A stretch of DNA of 64,000 nucleotides, from NCBI GenBank assembly GCA_964035545.1, contig OZ037768.1, forward strand, positions 4,682,741 to 4,746,740, read 5' to 3'. This document shows positions 12,582 to 24,200 of the stretch, one piece after another. The notes under the pieces are model-generated. The model had not been told where the DNA came from and did not search any database. It worked only from the letters and a program-made list of their open reading frames with translations. Source of the stretch: Bugula neritina (taxonomy: Eukaryota > Animalia > Bryozoa). The position numbers were made by a program, and so were the translations under genes. Each line of letters begins with the position of its first letter. Position 1 is the stretch's first letter.

Positions 12582-15500
12582 ATGCAAGTGTTTTTACGGA
12601 AAAAGCGATCAGGAAATATATTTGCGAAAAAGCCAGAAGTCGGACCTGATGGATTATTGGTTGAAATAATAAATAGTCTAAGATGCCCACCCACATATGC
12701 TGGAGGCTGTCTTCAGAGCTCAGAAGTCATATTTATCCAGGTTGCTGTTAGTGCAGATGGGGATTCTATAGCTGCAGGCGATGTCCATGGCAATCTGTTT
12801 TATGTCAATCTTGTTAAAAACAGGTTTCACCTGGTAAAGCATCTTAGTATGCCATGCAGCCGAATTTCTATTTCCTTGAAGAGAAAAACGGATATGCTGG
12901 TGTCCCTGAGTGATTATTCAGTTCGCTGTTTCAATACCGAAACTCAAGAGCAACTGGCTTGTTTAAGGGGCCATCAAACTTCAGTTGTAAATATTTCCGT
13001 ACACTCATCAAAGCGATATGCTCTCATCACATCTAGTGAAACTGCATCTCTCTGGAACTTGGACACCCTAGAAAGGAAACGCAAGCTCAGTATTGCTCAG
13101 AATGTCGATCTGTTAGCTGCATTGTTCATTCCTAACAGTAACTCCATGCTGACATGCTTTAAGGACAACTCGATGTTGGTGTGGGATGCTGAGTCTATGG
13201 ACTTGAAGTATGAGTTGCGTAGCTCCCAGTCATTGGATGTGACTTATAGAGTTTTCACATGCAACTCTGATGGCAGTTCTGTGGCTTGTGCTGGTAAATC
13301 CAATCTTATACACATTTGGGATATTCCATCTCAGAAAATTCATAGAGTTTTACAGCTAGCTCCAGAAACTAAGCAAGTTAAGCAGTTGGAGTATCTGCCT
13401 AAGCACCTTTACCCTGAAGAGGTGCTCTTAGGTAAGAAATTTTTTTTCAAATAATTTGCTACCAACTTGTTTATGTATTTTTACTTTTTGGCCTAGTGAG
13501 TTTTACCTAACCTTGATTCATTTGCTTAAAACATTCATGCTGCATATACATACATGCACAATCTTGCTCTCTATTTCATACTTTATCCAACTAGTCTGCC
13601 CATTACCTTATTGGTATTTTCTAATTTATTGCAATGCAGCAATTATTTAGTTATATGCTTTACATGGACATATTTTTTACAAGTTTATGCATGGGTGTTT
13701 TTTATTTTAGCTGTTTGTTCAAATGGAGTTTTGAGGTTGATTGACATTAAGGAAAGTGCAGAAATTTGGACTATTGGGACCTACGAACACAAAGTAGTGC
13801 AGGTAAATATAGTGAGTTGTCTAATATGTCAACATTTCGCAATGCAATGCAAATTATCAAAAATAAATGTTTCAGTAAGTTAGTTAAAAGTATGTAAAAG
13901 TATCAAATTTTTGCTATATTTGTGCAGCACTTGTTATGGTCTTGGCTCATGATTAGTGTTATGTCTTGGCCCATTAATTTTTCATAGCTGATATAAAAGA
14001 GTTAGAAAATAAAAGATCATACTGCTATCTAACTAGAGATGTAACATATCTATATCAGCCATTATATTATATATAAGTTGTGTATCAACATATTATTACA
14101 ATCAAATTTATCGGAGTTGTCCTCTCTAATACATGTTCATGCATTCTATTTACAGATCAGTTGCGCAGAAGCAGGCTCTATATTGGCATGTATCATGGAC
14201 AGTGGAAATATTAATGTTTATGAAATGGATGTAATATTTAAGCAGATTCAAGCTAGCAAACTATTGGAGAAGAAAAAGATGCATGAGATAGATCAACAGC
14301 CTCGAACGAGGGTTAGTATCAAGCTTAGTGCACACTGTAAACATTGCAAATTTTACCTGGGTGTTAATATGGTTCTATAGATGGCACAACTTATTGTTCT
14401 ATTTAACGAAGCCAGCCTGTCCCATCATTGCATTCTGTAAACTTTTCATCTCGATGTATTTTGCAACAGGTTACTAAGGTGCAGAGAAAAGCCACCAAAA
14501 TTAAAGATATGATAACTGAAAGAGTAGAAAATTCCAAAACTCTAAGCCATGTCAGGTTGAGAGAAATACTGAAGGAATATGGGGAGTTTCCAGAGAAATA
14601 TCGCACGTTTATTTGGAAGACTATCCTAAGGCTACCAGAGAACTATGATTCCTACTCGGCTCTTCTAAATAAAGGAATACATCCTGCTTTTGCTGAGATT
14701 CATAAAGTCTATCCTATCAGGTTAAGTATGCAATTTAAAATCTGCTTTTTATCAAGTTTGTTCAGTTGTCTTCTCGTGAACTTGTGCAACTTTCATATCT
14801 ATATTTCTCAGCTGTAATCGCTGTACTCCAGGAAGCAATTAGCAGGTTGAATCCTGTCCGAAAAGTCACTTTTTAGCCCGTATGCCATATTTCTAGTATA
14901 GCAGAGGAGCGAGTGTGGGAGGCATTGCCCACAGTTCACCAAAAGACTTTTGCTATCAGGGTTCTCCCAATAATTTAGCTCTAAACCAATATCAGTAGCT
15001 ATTGTAACTTTCCATTGCAGATGGGCTAATTATCTCTCATAAATCAGAGTGTAGCTAAATGCACAATATATTCAATATTTGTTGTATTATTTAAGATTGT
15101 AAAATGCATTATTATTCTTAAACAACTATAGTGTGTAGGCCTACATATTTTATTGAAATCATTACAGATGTTGGTTTTAAAATTTTCACCAAAAAACCCA
15201 CATCTAATATGTAAATACACTAACAGGAAATCAGTGCCAATACCAGAAACTGCTTGATCGATGTATTTTTTCTAGTATTTAGATTTAACTTTATTTCATA
15301 CTTTGCTTGCAAATTGAGGTGAAAAATTGTGAAATCTGAGTGCACTTTTTCTTTTATGCCATTATGTGTATAATGTGGACAGGTTTAATATCACTATGGC
15401 AGCAAAGGCACAATAATAATATTACTATTTTACAGAAGCCTCAAACTTCTGAGAGTTTTCCAGAGACTGCTTTCAGCTGTTGCTTACTGGGCACCAGTAG

Positions 15501-16795
15501 TAACAGAAAGCACCTTCTTGCCAACTTTAGCCTTTCCCTTTGCCAAGCTCCTTCAGAACAATCAGCTTATAGCTTTTGAGGTGGTGGCCACCATTCTTGT
15601 AAATTGGACACAAAAATGGTTTGACTTTATTCCTAATCCACCCCTCAACATCCTCTCGTTGATAGAGAATGTCTTCTCCTATCATGACAAGGAGCTGTTT
15701 CAGGTAACACAAGGTTTATTAACCAAAAACTTAGGCTGCCCAAATGCTATTTAGTCAAAATTTCAATATTATTCACCAAGTTTGTTATTTTTTTCGAGTG
15801 ATTTAATTTTGTTATGTTTTATGTAGCATTTTGTGAGGTACCGAGTCACCACTCAAACCTATGCATGGTCACTGCTGCAAACTGGATTTTCTGAGGTGTT
15901 TTCAAGAGATGAGTGGATGAAACTATGGGATCATATTCTGATCAACGAGCCAAGCTGGATGTTGATGGCTGTGGTAGCTTATACTCTTGTCAATAGAGGC
16001 CCATTACTCGAATGTTATGAGGTTGAAGAATTCAAACAGTTTTATAGGTAGGCTACACAGCATTTTTATTAGTTTTTTGGAAATTATGCGCTTGCATCTA
16101 CAATTTACATTTATATGGATGTATGCTTATTATTTATTTGTTTTATATCTTTGTAAAACATTTTGATGAAAACCGTGTATAATATTTTCAGATACCACAA
16201 TGGTACAGGAGTTGCCCAAGTTATCAAAGAGACTTACAAGGTGATATGCACAACACCATCTGACCTTAACCCTGGCAGCATTTTGCAACAGTTCCATCCA
16301 CTCAACAAGGGCCAATACCAGCTGTTGGCTAAATTTCCTCAGCGTGTCAAGGTTTGAAAAATCTTTATCATAAAATACAATGTGCATGTTTCTTTTGCTT
16401 TAAGAAGTGAACTTTTATGCATATAATGAGATGATTATGGGTACCTTAGGATTTACCCACTGTATTAGAAGTCATAGCATGTTTTGAACAAAAATGACAA
16501 TTGATGTTTGCTTTACATTTGATTAATAATTTTTCTGTAGAACTTTCCCCAAAATGAGATTGATAGAATTAGACAAGAACAGATTGCTCTTCTCAAATCT
16601 GACGATGTTATCTCATGGAGCAAACGGTAACTCTTGTTGTTTGGAGTGTTGTGCTTGTGATGCGAATATTTCTGTTTTACTTTTTTACCTGATCTTCCAT
16701 TTAAAGTGGTTTTTATTTTTATGTCAAGAGTGGAATTTGTAAATGCTATTTGTATTTTAAGTAGGCTGAGACAACAAATATTCGGTTTTCTTTGA
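12582..16795 (+). CDS. TBC1D31: TBC1 domain family member 31 (WDR67): WD40 repeats plus Rab-GAP TBC domain; ~704 aa
   Basis: Exons 12582-13431, 13711-13802, 14156-14311, 14470-14720, 15436-15703, 15827-16047, 16192-16351, 16541-16626, and a tentative last exon 16765-16795 (TGA). Recognisable TBC1D31 segments: AGDVHGNLFYVNLVKNRF, LWNLDTLERKRKLSI, LKEYGEFPEKYRTFIWKTILRLPEN, WFDFIPNPPLNILSLIENVFSYHDKELFQH, LNKGQY. Confidence 0.92.
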
Positions 16796-16908
16796 TCTCA
16801 CAACAATGTAAATAATATGATATGATCAATGTCTTTGTAATTTTTTATGCTTCCAAATACAATCATTATTACAAAACATATTACTTTATTCACACCAGAA
16901 GCAGCTAT

Positions 16909-18636
16909 CTAAGAATTTAGAGAATCTGTAAGACAATCATGGACAAATAACACGAGCTCTATCTTATTAATGCAACTGTTAATAGTATTTCTTTCCAACT
17001 CTTCATTATTCTTTATAGCCTCATCACCAACAGTAATTGTAATTTCTGATTGTCTGTCGCTCCCTTTTCCAAGGTTTTCAAGTGAAGCTTTTAATTGTTT
17101 CAGCTCATAGTGTAAGCAATTGCCGATCGGTTCCACATAAGATTTGATATATCGGTTCATCTGTCTAGTGTATGGAGCTGAGCGACTTTTATCCCTGGAT
17201 GTCAAATATCTAGCCAGATTCAATGCCGCAGAAATTTTATCTAAATCAGCTATTAACCTACCATTGTCACCATTTGGCACCAAAAATATCTTGTCCATTA
17301 AATCCAAAGCATATACTGCACCTTTGTCATTGTCTCCAGTAGACCAGCACTCATGTATAAAATCCTTAATCAAAGAATATGTATAACTTAAAATTTTTGG
17401 ACTATCTTCGCCATCAAGAATATACTTGAACAGATGATACCTGGCTCTGTGATTAAATTTGCTAAGCAGCTGAGGTAGAGCTTTAGCTGCGTTTTGGCGA
17501 ATAGTCATCAAATCACTGAATTGCATTGACCAAAACAGATAGTCAATAGTGTCCTTTATCATAGTTTGCTCTGCATAACTTTCTGAGAGTTCTGCTACGC
17601 CTATCGGTGATAGAAGTGACCTCAATAATCTTATAGCTTTTAAAGCTACAACACTGTTTCTTGATCGAATGTATACGTGGCTTAAAGATGGAAACACAAT
17701 TGACAACTTATGTGCGCTTGACATTATTTGTGGAACATGCTCTTCATACTTATTTTCATAAAACAGAATGTAAGCGAGATTAGCCAATCCTGGCAAGGAA
17801 ACCGAGCTTTCGTTTATATCGGCTGAACACATATCTTCTTCAATTGGTTGGGCAATCAATTTCCTAGTGGTAAATGAAATGGCAGGCTGGTCAGCAGCTT
17901 TCTCTATAGTAAACAAATAGGTCAGTGTGGGACTCAAGATTGCCAAAGAGTCAATGACACTATCAACGCAATGAGCAAGTATTTCACTGGGGTTATCATA
18001 AAGAATGTAGAGCATTGGATAGTGCAAAACCTGAGTAAGATATATCGTAATCCATCTTCTGTTCTGAATCAAATCATTACATAGAGCCTCTTTGGCCAAG
18101 TTACTCAGGAAATTATTGGCGAAACCAATGACGTAGCTCAGCATATCATTTGTCTCGGTGGTGCCTGTGGAGGATATTAGTCCTGGATGTGCCTCGTCTT
18201 CAGCAATGCTGTAGGTTTGACTGGTCCATGCAAGGGATTTTATGTGACCTAATAATGTGCTGCAAGCAATGTCTAAAGACTGCTGTTTAGGAGGCAGTTT
18301 GCATAACACTTGAGCAAGAAGGGGCACAAGCAATTTGTATAAAGTACCATTTTTAAAGGCATTGCATGACTCTAAAAAAGCATATGCTAACTCCTTAGGT
18401 TGACCAATATCTATCATGTGCTTATAAAATGCAAGTAAAACATCAATCTGTCCTTTGGCTAAATCTTGCTCTTGCAACCAGTCATTTAAACAGGAAATAA
18501 CGCTCCAACCATGCTCTTTCAAGTCATCTTTACTTGAATCTAAAGTATCTATCAAATCCTCAATATTGTCTTGACCATCTCCGATACCTGATTTAATCTT
18601 CTCCACCAGAAACTGAATTTTTACTTGGTCTTCCAT
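16909..18636 (-). CDS. GLMN: Glomulin (FAP68; YBP/aberrant root formation 4 family), single coding exon, 575 aa
   Basis: Uninterrupted 575-aa helical ORF with family-type motifs EHGWSVI, GQPKELAYAFLES, MQFSDLMTIRQNA, ARYHLFKYIL, DLDKISAALNLARYLTSRDK, KIELVLFVHDCL. A candidate acceptor near 18672 and donor near 19395 suggest a 5' UTR intron. Confidence 0.8.
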   Translation of the reverse strand: MEDQVKIQFLVEKIKSGIGDGQDNIEDLIDTLDSSKDDLKEHGWSVISCLNDWLQEQDLAKGQIDVLLAFYKHMIDIGQPKELAYAFLESCNAFKNGTLYKLLVPLLAQVLCKLPPKQQSLDIACSTLLGHIKSLAWTSQTYSIAEDEAHPGLISSTGTTETNDMLSYVIGFANNFLSNLAKEALCNDLIQNRRWITIYLTQVLHYPMLYILYDNPSEILAHCVDSVIDSLAILSPTLTYLFTIEKAADQPAISFTTRKLIAQPIEEDMCSADINESSVSLPGLANLAYILFYENKYEEHVPQIMSSAHKLSIVFPSLSHVYIRSRNSVVALKAIRLLRSLLSPIGVAELSESYAEQTMIKDTIDYLFWSMQFSDLMTIRQNAAKALPQLLSKFNHRARYHLFKYILDGEDSPKILSYTYSLIKDFIHECWSTGDNDKGAVYALDLMDKIFLVPNGDNGRLIADLDKISAALNLARYLTSRDKSRSAPYTRQMNRYIKSYVEPIGNCLHYELKQLKASLENLGKGSDRQSEITITVGDEAIKNNEELERNTINSCINKIELVLFVHDCLTDSLNS

Positions 18637-19079
18637 TAGTCGTATTTAGTTCATTTTATCTCTACTCAACACTACAACAATCAAATTCAGTTCAGGGTGG
18701 CATGCTGGTTAAATTACCAACACAGTAACATACAAAATCTCTTACAAAAATGCATTCATAGAATATTTGAAAGCGATGGTTTTCTGAGTTGAGTATTTTT
18801 TACTAATCAGTATGACTATAATCTCCTCTCCATTATTTGGTGTTTCACTCTTATGCAAGTCATAATTTCATCTGTAAGATGTTGTACTACAGAGTGAGAG
18901 TCTGATGCGCTGTCAAAGCTAGTTTAAAATTTTGATAAGCTAAAGATGTGTTTAGCAAATATGAAAGGTATATTTTTACAAAAAAAAATAACATTCAACT
19001 TCAAGTTGAAGTTTCTTCATCTTGCATGTGGTTAGTAGTTAAAAAGGTGAATCCATAAAATAAAAAATGCAGTTGGCTA

Positions 19080-19390
19080 GTGATACTGATACCGGTGATA
19101 GTGTTACATTTAGTTTTCCTTTGAGAGTTAGACTTAGTGACTTACACTCATACAACTAGTGTTACTGCTGTTGTACTTTACCGCTTTACGAATGAAGAAT
19201 AACTCAAACTATAAGTCTAAGAATAAGATTAACTTCAAGTTAAAATATAAATTAAAATAAGGCATAATCATAATGATAAGCGGTTAGACTTAGAGTTAGC
19301 GTTACACTTACTGTTACTGTTAGAGTAAGTAAGACTAAGAGTTACTGTTACAGTAACTGTAAGTTGTTGCTCAAGTTACTATAGCTACAA
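19080..19390. repeat. Hexamer-periodic low-complexity tract in the GLMN 5' intron
   Basis: TTAGAC TTAGAG TTAGCG TTACAC TTACTG TTACTG TTAGAG ... Confidence 0.7.
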
Positions 19391-19449
19391 GCCTACGCTA
19401 TTAATTTATAATTGCATTTAATCTTGTGATGAAAAAAATGTGGTTATCA

Positions 19450-19940
19450 TATTCAAATATATTAATATACCGCCATTTAATTTTATATTTAAGTTTGCTG
19501 AAGGAACTTAAATTGCGATAAGCAAACGATCTTGAAGTTTATCATTTGCCCTTTTCCATTTTTGACGATTTTAATGCAAAACCGGAGAGCGACATCAACA
19601 CTAATTGGCGGTTTTTAAATGAACACGCCCATTCAACTTTGACACACATGTCCTATAGTAAAGTACTATCCTTTTTGTACTAAATAGTTGTTGTTGGTGA
19701 CATGCGTCATAACCGGTCACATGAACTTGTAGTTTCTCTTTAACAAAAATTACGCAACAATTAATAATATAAATTTATAATTTGTTCCATTTGAAAAAAG
19801 TTTTGCTTCGGCACAGTAACAGCGGCTTTTACTTTAACATTAAATAAAAAAGTATGTGATGACTAATACAAATATTTTCTAGTTATAAAATATATCCGAG
19901 GATAAAGACAAAGGACAGGTTGAACTTGAGTCTTGAGGTA
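19450..19940. promoter_or_regulatory. Probable bidirectional promoter between GLMN (-) and the F-box/LRR gene (+)
   Basis: Divergent genes; local CpG enrichment; CCGCCATT (YY1-like) ~19470, ATTGG ~19604, GTCACATG E-box ~19716; candidate first-exon donor TTGAG|GTATGT at 19937. Confidence 0.5.
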
Positions 19941-20260
19941 TGTTGATGTTCATGTTCACTTTGACTTTCACTTTCAGTATGACTATGGCCATGGGTAACA
20001 CTAACAGTTCTGGTTCATGACTTCATCTGTTTAGTGTGAGTGTTCTGTGTTCATGTTGATGTTCATGTTAAACTCGAAATCCAAGTCGAAGTTAATAATT
20101 ATATTTACAACATTAAATTTAATAATTATTATATAAATATTTTTTAATTTCAAGTTATTGCTTCGACTCTGAGTCTTGGCTTGAGTCAGGCTGAGTGTCA
20201 CTGTCAGAATGAGAATGTCAATGAGAGTTAGTGTTAGTAATAGTAGTGCTAGTGCTGAGT
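19921..20260. repeat. Hexamer-periodic low-complexity tracts in the F-box/LRR gene 5' intron
   Basis: GTTGAT GTTCAT GTTCAC TTTGAC TTTCAC TTTCAG TATGAC TATGGC CATGGG TAACAC TAACAG; also GAGTGT CACTGT CAGAAT GAGAAT GTCAAT GAGAGT TAGTGT TAGTAA TAGTAG TGCTAG. Confidence 0.7.
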
Positions 20261-21232
20261 TCTATTTCTTCGAGAAATGGCAAAATGGAAATAAAAATAA
20301 CTTTTTGTCAAAATATTATTAGTAAAACTAAGTCAAAATATAATAATAATATCTAAAGTAAAAGTTAAAAAAAGTAGTCACTAAACATAAAATGCTTTTA
20401 AGTGCAATTTAGCTTTTTGTTTTTTATTGGTGTGCTAACAAATACATTGCTAATAATAATTAATTATATACATCAAAGTTCAACATCAGACCCATTTTAA
20501 AGTTTGGGTTTAATATCAAAGAATTTATTTGTTTTAGACTCAAGTAATTTCATCACTAATACTATTAGTATAAAATACTGCTTCAATGTGATATTTAATT
20601 TTATTGTTTAGCAATAAATACAATTAAATGGCTTAACCTACTGTATTTCTCTTCTAATAGTGATACTTGTATGCACCCTACTTTAATATTAGTATAAATA
20701 TCTAGTAATAACAAGCGAAATATTTATTTACTTATTTATATTAATCACTTCTGAGATAGGTTTTAAAGTTTTAGTTTAGTGCTTTGGATTCTTTCACTTT
20801 CTAAAACCCTTTTGAACGAAGGCTTAGCTGAGTAATTATTCAAGCACATTAACTTGCTAGCAACAATAAATAAATAGATGACTTCTTTGAAATAGACTGT
20901 CAAACAGAATGAAATGAAAAATGAAAAAGAGTGTGAAATATTGAATGACTATCAATGAAACTGCAAAAAGTAAGGGTTGTGTTAGGAAGAGGAAGCCGAT
21001 AATTCTATAAGCAACAAGAGAATTCGTTTTGCTTGGTATATAAATCCATCTGCATTATGTACAATATATAAATGTCTTAAAAATCTTGAAAGGACCTTTA
21101 ATAAAATAGAGATACAAACAACAGTGATTATATTTGATTTATTTCTGTTGAATTGTGCATCGCTTTGAAATTTATTTATTAATAGAAAAGTCTTATACTT
21201 TACTTTCAGGAGTGCAGGAGAACAGAGTGATA

Positions 21233-24200
21233 ATGGCGTATTTTGTAGAAGGAACATCATATATGGGTCGGCCACCCACCTATAATGAATATCTTAGGGA
21301 AGTTTTACCTGTAGTTCATGAGCCAACTGGAACTAATGGATTGATTGCCATTGACTTTTTGCCTACTGAGGTAATGCACTGTATAGCAGGGCTACTATAT
21401 ATAGTATGCTGTTTCTAAACAGTTCCACTTGTTTTAATTTTTTGGTGTAGCATACCATCACATGCTTAGCATATATGCCAGGTGTGTTTTTTACTTTAAG
21501 TTATTTGTTGTAGATGATTGCACACATCATGCAGTATCTTACCGTGTCAGACCGGAAAGATGCAGCTCTTGTGTGCAAAAAGTGGTACCAGGCTTCGATG
21601 GCGCCACAAATACAGAAGAATATGATGATATCTGTTAAATCTTCTGTTACAAAACCAAGACCATTCACCGGACTGAAAAATCGCCAAGGTGAAATTACCA
21701 ACCAATCATATCTTGTTTAATGTACCATGGTTCTTCCACAGCTTATGTCTAACCCTGAAGGGCTTCTATGCCATGTGTATTAGGTATATTTTCTTACAAA
21801 TATTGTATATAGAAATACCCTCATAAAATAGCAATATAATGTTCAACACTGTCGCATTCTGTCCATACTAGGTGTGATCAAGATATTTTGGCTGAAATAC
21901 TTAAACATGGTTATTAGACACTTGATTTGTTTCAATACGAAATAATTACCATTAATCATGCTTACTTAATTTTAAATACCAAAACACAATTAATCCTGAA
22001 ATGACAGTTTAAAAATGGTGCATAAGAACAAGAAAAACAATAACCTCATACTTTGGGTCAGTTTAATAATTGTTTTACAGCTTTGTTTAGCTTAGATATA
22101 TTTTTAATATCAACATGTGCTGAATCTCAATAAGATATTTTGTTATTGAGAAATTTTGTTGGTTGATGGCTGAAATGCAGCTACAAAAACTGCATAGAGA
22201 TTTACTCCACCCTACAACCACCATGGGCACTACGAAAATCATTTCCGTTTACATTAATGAATATTTTCTCCACCAAGTGGCATCTATTGAACATTACCTG
22301 CTAAGAATTCAACACCAAAATGTACACTAAGCAACAGCTACAATTAAAATGACTACAATTTTTTAGTTCGTGTCATAAAAAACTGAATTGTATTATTATT
22401 TTGCCAGTTGATTTTGTTCAAGCCTTAACTTTGTGACATTTTTACGTACTTCTAAGCAATAAATGTCTCTGATTGAAAATATGAGCTTGGGCCCTAGATG
22501 TAAGCATTAAATAATGAATGCATTATTTTTGCGGAAAAAGGAGAATCAAGTTATAATTATATGCATACAATTCTTATCACACCTTCCAATAGATAATGTC
22601 ATAATATGTTGATTTTCAAAATATATTTTTATTAAAATGTTTACTTTTACATTTAAAAGGCGGCTTTTGCACTCGAAGCCAACAAATCTTTACCCCTAGT
22701 TTATGTACCCATTTAATTCTTTTTTTATGAAAGGGCTAATTGTGCAATTGGAATATATTGCTACGTTTAGATTTTCACTTGACGTTATCCGATGTGGATG
22801 GTTCGTCTAACTCTGTGGAGCTGTTGGGTGTTTGTGACCGTAGTCTGAGTCCAAAGCTGCTCACCCTCTCACTCAAGGGCACCCGAATATCCCCCGACAC
22901 TTTAGTCAGTATCCTAAAGAAATGCAGCAACCTTACCAGCTTGGACATCAGCTGCTGCAATCAACTCATTCTTGCAGGTTTGTCTTTTTTGCTCAATATT
23001 ATTAGTACTATTGCCCGTAATATTAATTAACATGTACTATAGTACTATATATATTATCGCAATCGTTACTAGTTATATTATATGATGGTAAATGAATAAT
23101 AACTATCTAGTTTAGGGACCTAAAGGCACAAAATGATAAACTCTTATTGTTTTAGTTACACATAGAGGTTCGAGACATAGAAATGTTTCAACATATAATC
23201 AACATTATCATGCTGTTAATGGTGTAAATTTCAAGAACCCTTTAGCTCATATAGGATATATACCATTAAGCATTAAGATAAATGGATAATTATGAAACTT
23301 TAAAGTAATGATGTGCAAAACCATTAGATATATATGGGAAATTATCAGGTATTTATAAGACTGGTATTTGCCTGCAATGGCATCAATTTCCAAAGTAGTT
23401 TTTATCAACCATATTGCATCATAAAACTGATAACCTGTTGAGTAACAAGCTGATTGAGTTAACAAGGAAGCAAAGTGCAACAGATAATCTGAATGCCTCT
23501 TACCTTCTCACATCAATCACACAACATGTCAGTTCTTAAGCCTCAACTAACTTTACCCTTCAATAGATCTGCCCATAAATTTGCTTCTGTGTCAGATCAA
23601 ATGTTGGCAAGATGTTTCAGCATCAAAGAATCACCCTCTAAACATGACCTACCTGAGTTATTTTACCATCACTAGTTTGCTGATGGAATTTACATAGCAC
23701 ATTCTAAAGAACTTACATAGCTCAAAATATGCCAGGGTAACATCACTAGTTAGTAATTGTAATACCATTTTCAACTTAGTGTTATGAGTAGATAACTCTT
23801 AAAATTGCTTTTCATCTATATGTAAACAAAGATCCTTGCATATTTGTTATTATTAATTTTCAATGCCGTTGAACGACATTGAATCTCATACATATAGAGT
23901 TAGCTAAAACTTTTAGCAATATTTATTTCTGCCCATGCTTTAATTTTCTTTCACAATTGTTTACTAAATTGAAATCTCTACAGCTCATAATTACAAAAAG
24001 AAACTGCAATAGCATTTTTCTGCATGTTGTAGGGTACCAGCTGCCTTATAGTCTTCAGGGTATAAGGTTACCCAGCCTTACACATTTGAACATCTCTTCA
24101 ATGCGTCAACTTAGTGATTTAGTGCTCTGCGCATTCTTGGCAATTGCTCCAAACCTACAGAGTTTAGAGCTGGCTTCTGCCCCGTTACTTTTTTCATCTT

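Noticed and set aside
23879-24032. N-terminal part of the 556-aa LRR ORF as a separate gene start
   Set aside because: Intronic read-through; the acceptor at 24032 joins in phase to the upstream F-box exons.
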